DNA of 16,173 bases, taken from a candidate division WOR-3 bacterium. Lineage in GTDB: Bacteria > Hydrothermota > Tepidihabitantia > Tepidihabitantales > DTDR01. Positions within the stretch are counted from its first letter, which is position 1. The number at the start of each line of letters is the position of its first letter. The notes beneath the pieces were generated by a model that made no database searches, was not told where the DNA came from, and saw only the letters and a program-made list of their open reading frames with translations. The stretch spans positions 1-16,173 of the forward strand of contig JBDRVN010000041.1 in assembly GCA_039801885.1 (NCBI GenBank). The letters run 5' to 3'. The position numbers were made by a program, and so were the translations under genes. Of the stretch, positions 15,312 through 16,173 are shown piece after piece.

Positions 15312-15869
15312 TTATTCTGTCTTCACCATTTTCTTGATAGCAACAAACTCTCCTGCTTTGAGACGATAAAAATAAACACCGTTGGGAAATTGGGTTTTAG
15401 GGACATTCTTAACACTCCACGTCACATTATAATAACCTGGTTTCTGTGTACCTCTCACCAAAGTCGTCACTACTCTTCCTGCAGTGTTAAGGACTTCCAG
15501 GCTGACTTCGGTTTCTTTTGGTAAAGAATAGCAAATTATAGTTTTGTTATTAAAAGGATTAGGATAGCATTGAGAAAGGCTAAAAACCAAAGGGAAGGAG
15601 AGAGATTTATAAAAATCTTCTTCTTTAATTATGACGCCCCCTTCATAAGGCGGATGCCAAAAACCAAAAATTCCACGATAATTAGAACTTGTGAGAATAT
15701 TGGAAGCAATCGGTTGAGCAAAACTTAGTCGGCAGGTATAGTTACCTGCTGTCATCTTTTTTCCGCCTTCGTCAAGGACAATTCTCTTTAGAACATACTG
15801 GGCGGAGCACAAATTCAGAGATAATATAAAAAATACAATAAGGATTATAACCACTTTTTGTTTTCGCAT
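15312..15869 (-). CDS. Small secreted protein with a T9SS type A / FlgD-Ig-like C-terminal domain
   Basis: Signal peptide, short N-domain (VLDEGG..NY..FAQP..Y.GIFGFW), and CTD LSQCYPNPFN..YSLP..NTAGRVV..PGYY.VTW..NGVYFYRL..KKMV. Confidence 0.88.
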   Translation of the reverse strand: MRKQKVVIILIVFFILSLNLCSAQYVLKRIVLDEGGKKMTAGNYTCRLSFAQPIASNILTSSNYRGIFGFWHPPYEGGVIIKEEDFYKSLSFPLVFSLSQCYPNPFNNKTIICYSLPKETEVSLEVLNTAGRVVTTLVRGTQKPGYYNVTWSVKNVPKTQFPNGVYFYRLKAGEFVAIKKMVKTE

Positions 15870-15871
15870 AA

Positions 15872-16173
15872 TTATTCCCCCTCTTCTTTTTCCCTAAGTT
15901 TTCGTCTTTCTATTCTTTCTAATCGTTTCTTTTCTCGTCTTTCTTGTATCTTTTGCCTTTTTATCTCAATTTCTCTATCTAATGCTTCGTCATCAGGAAT
16001 TATAATATTTGGCCTAATTTCATATCCTTTTGCTCTTCCAATGGCAATCCAGTCAAAAGTTGCGTTTAAATCGCCGATATCTGCTTTAGCAGTAAAACCT
16101 TTATTTGACCTTTCTGAAATATAAATTAAACTTGAAGTATAAGGAGTAATAATAATTCTTACAGGTATTTGTT
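15872..16173 (-). CDS. Partial CDS (3' end): protein with a phage tail-fibre (gp53-like) C-terminal domain and a charged coiled-coil tail
   Basis: Not in the ORF track. The frame is open from the window edge: QIPVRIIITPYTSSLIYISERSNKGFTAKADIGDLNATFDWIAIGRAKGYEIRPNIIIPDDEALDREIEIKRQKIQERREKKRLERIERRKLREKEEGE*. The stop (15874-15872) is 2 nt before the next ATG. Confidence 0.75.
   Translation of the reverse strand, partial: QIPVRIIITPYTSSLIYISERSNKGFTAKADIGDLNATFDWIAIGRAKGYEIRPNIIIPDDEALDREIEIKRQKIQERREKKRLERIERRKLREKEEGE

Noticed and set aside
15858-16124. 88-aa plus-strand ORF
   Set aside because: Ser/Phe-rich mirror of the real minus-strand partial CDS at 15872-16173.

Overview
AT-rich, compact bacterial chromosome segment. 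The gene content suggests a thermophilic FCB-group organism such as candidate phylum WOR-3 (inference). In order it holds: the 3' end of a secreted protein with a T9SS-like C-terminal tail; a bifunctional IPCT/DIPPS gene for di-myo-inositol-phosphate synthesis, preceded by a clear c-di-AMP (ydaO/yuaA) riboswitch; a ~490-nt intergenic region with an ECF-type promoter, a 31-aa sORF, clustered AGGAG motifs and a long stem-loop; a probably leaderless four-gene operon (outer-membrane beta-barrel, lipoprotein, ion-transporter-superfamily permease, HutI); a 1265-aa surface protein with 7 CARDB repeats, a Kelch propeller and a CTD; a partial V/A-type ATPase operon (C-F-A-B only); thiL; and a pair made of a tail-fibre-like protein and a small CTD protein. 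The most notable signal is c-di-AMP riboswitch control of a compatible-solute biosynthesis gene, with two identical alternative pseudoknot partners, one of them at the ribosome-binding site. I saw no mobile elements, CRISPR arrays, tRNA or rRNA genes.
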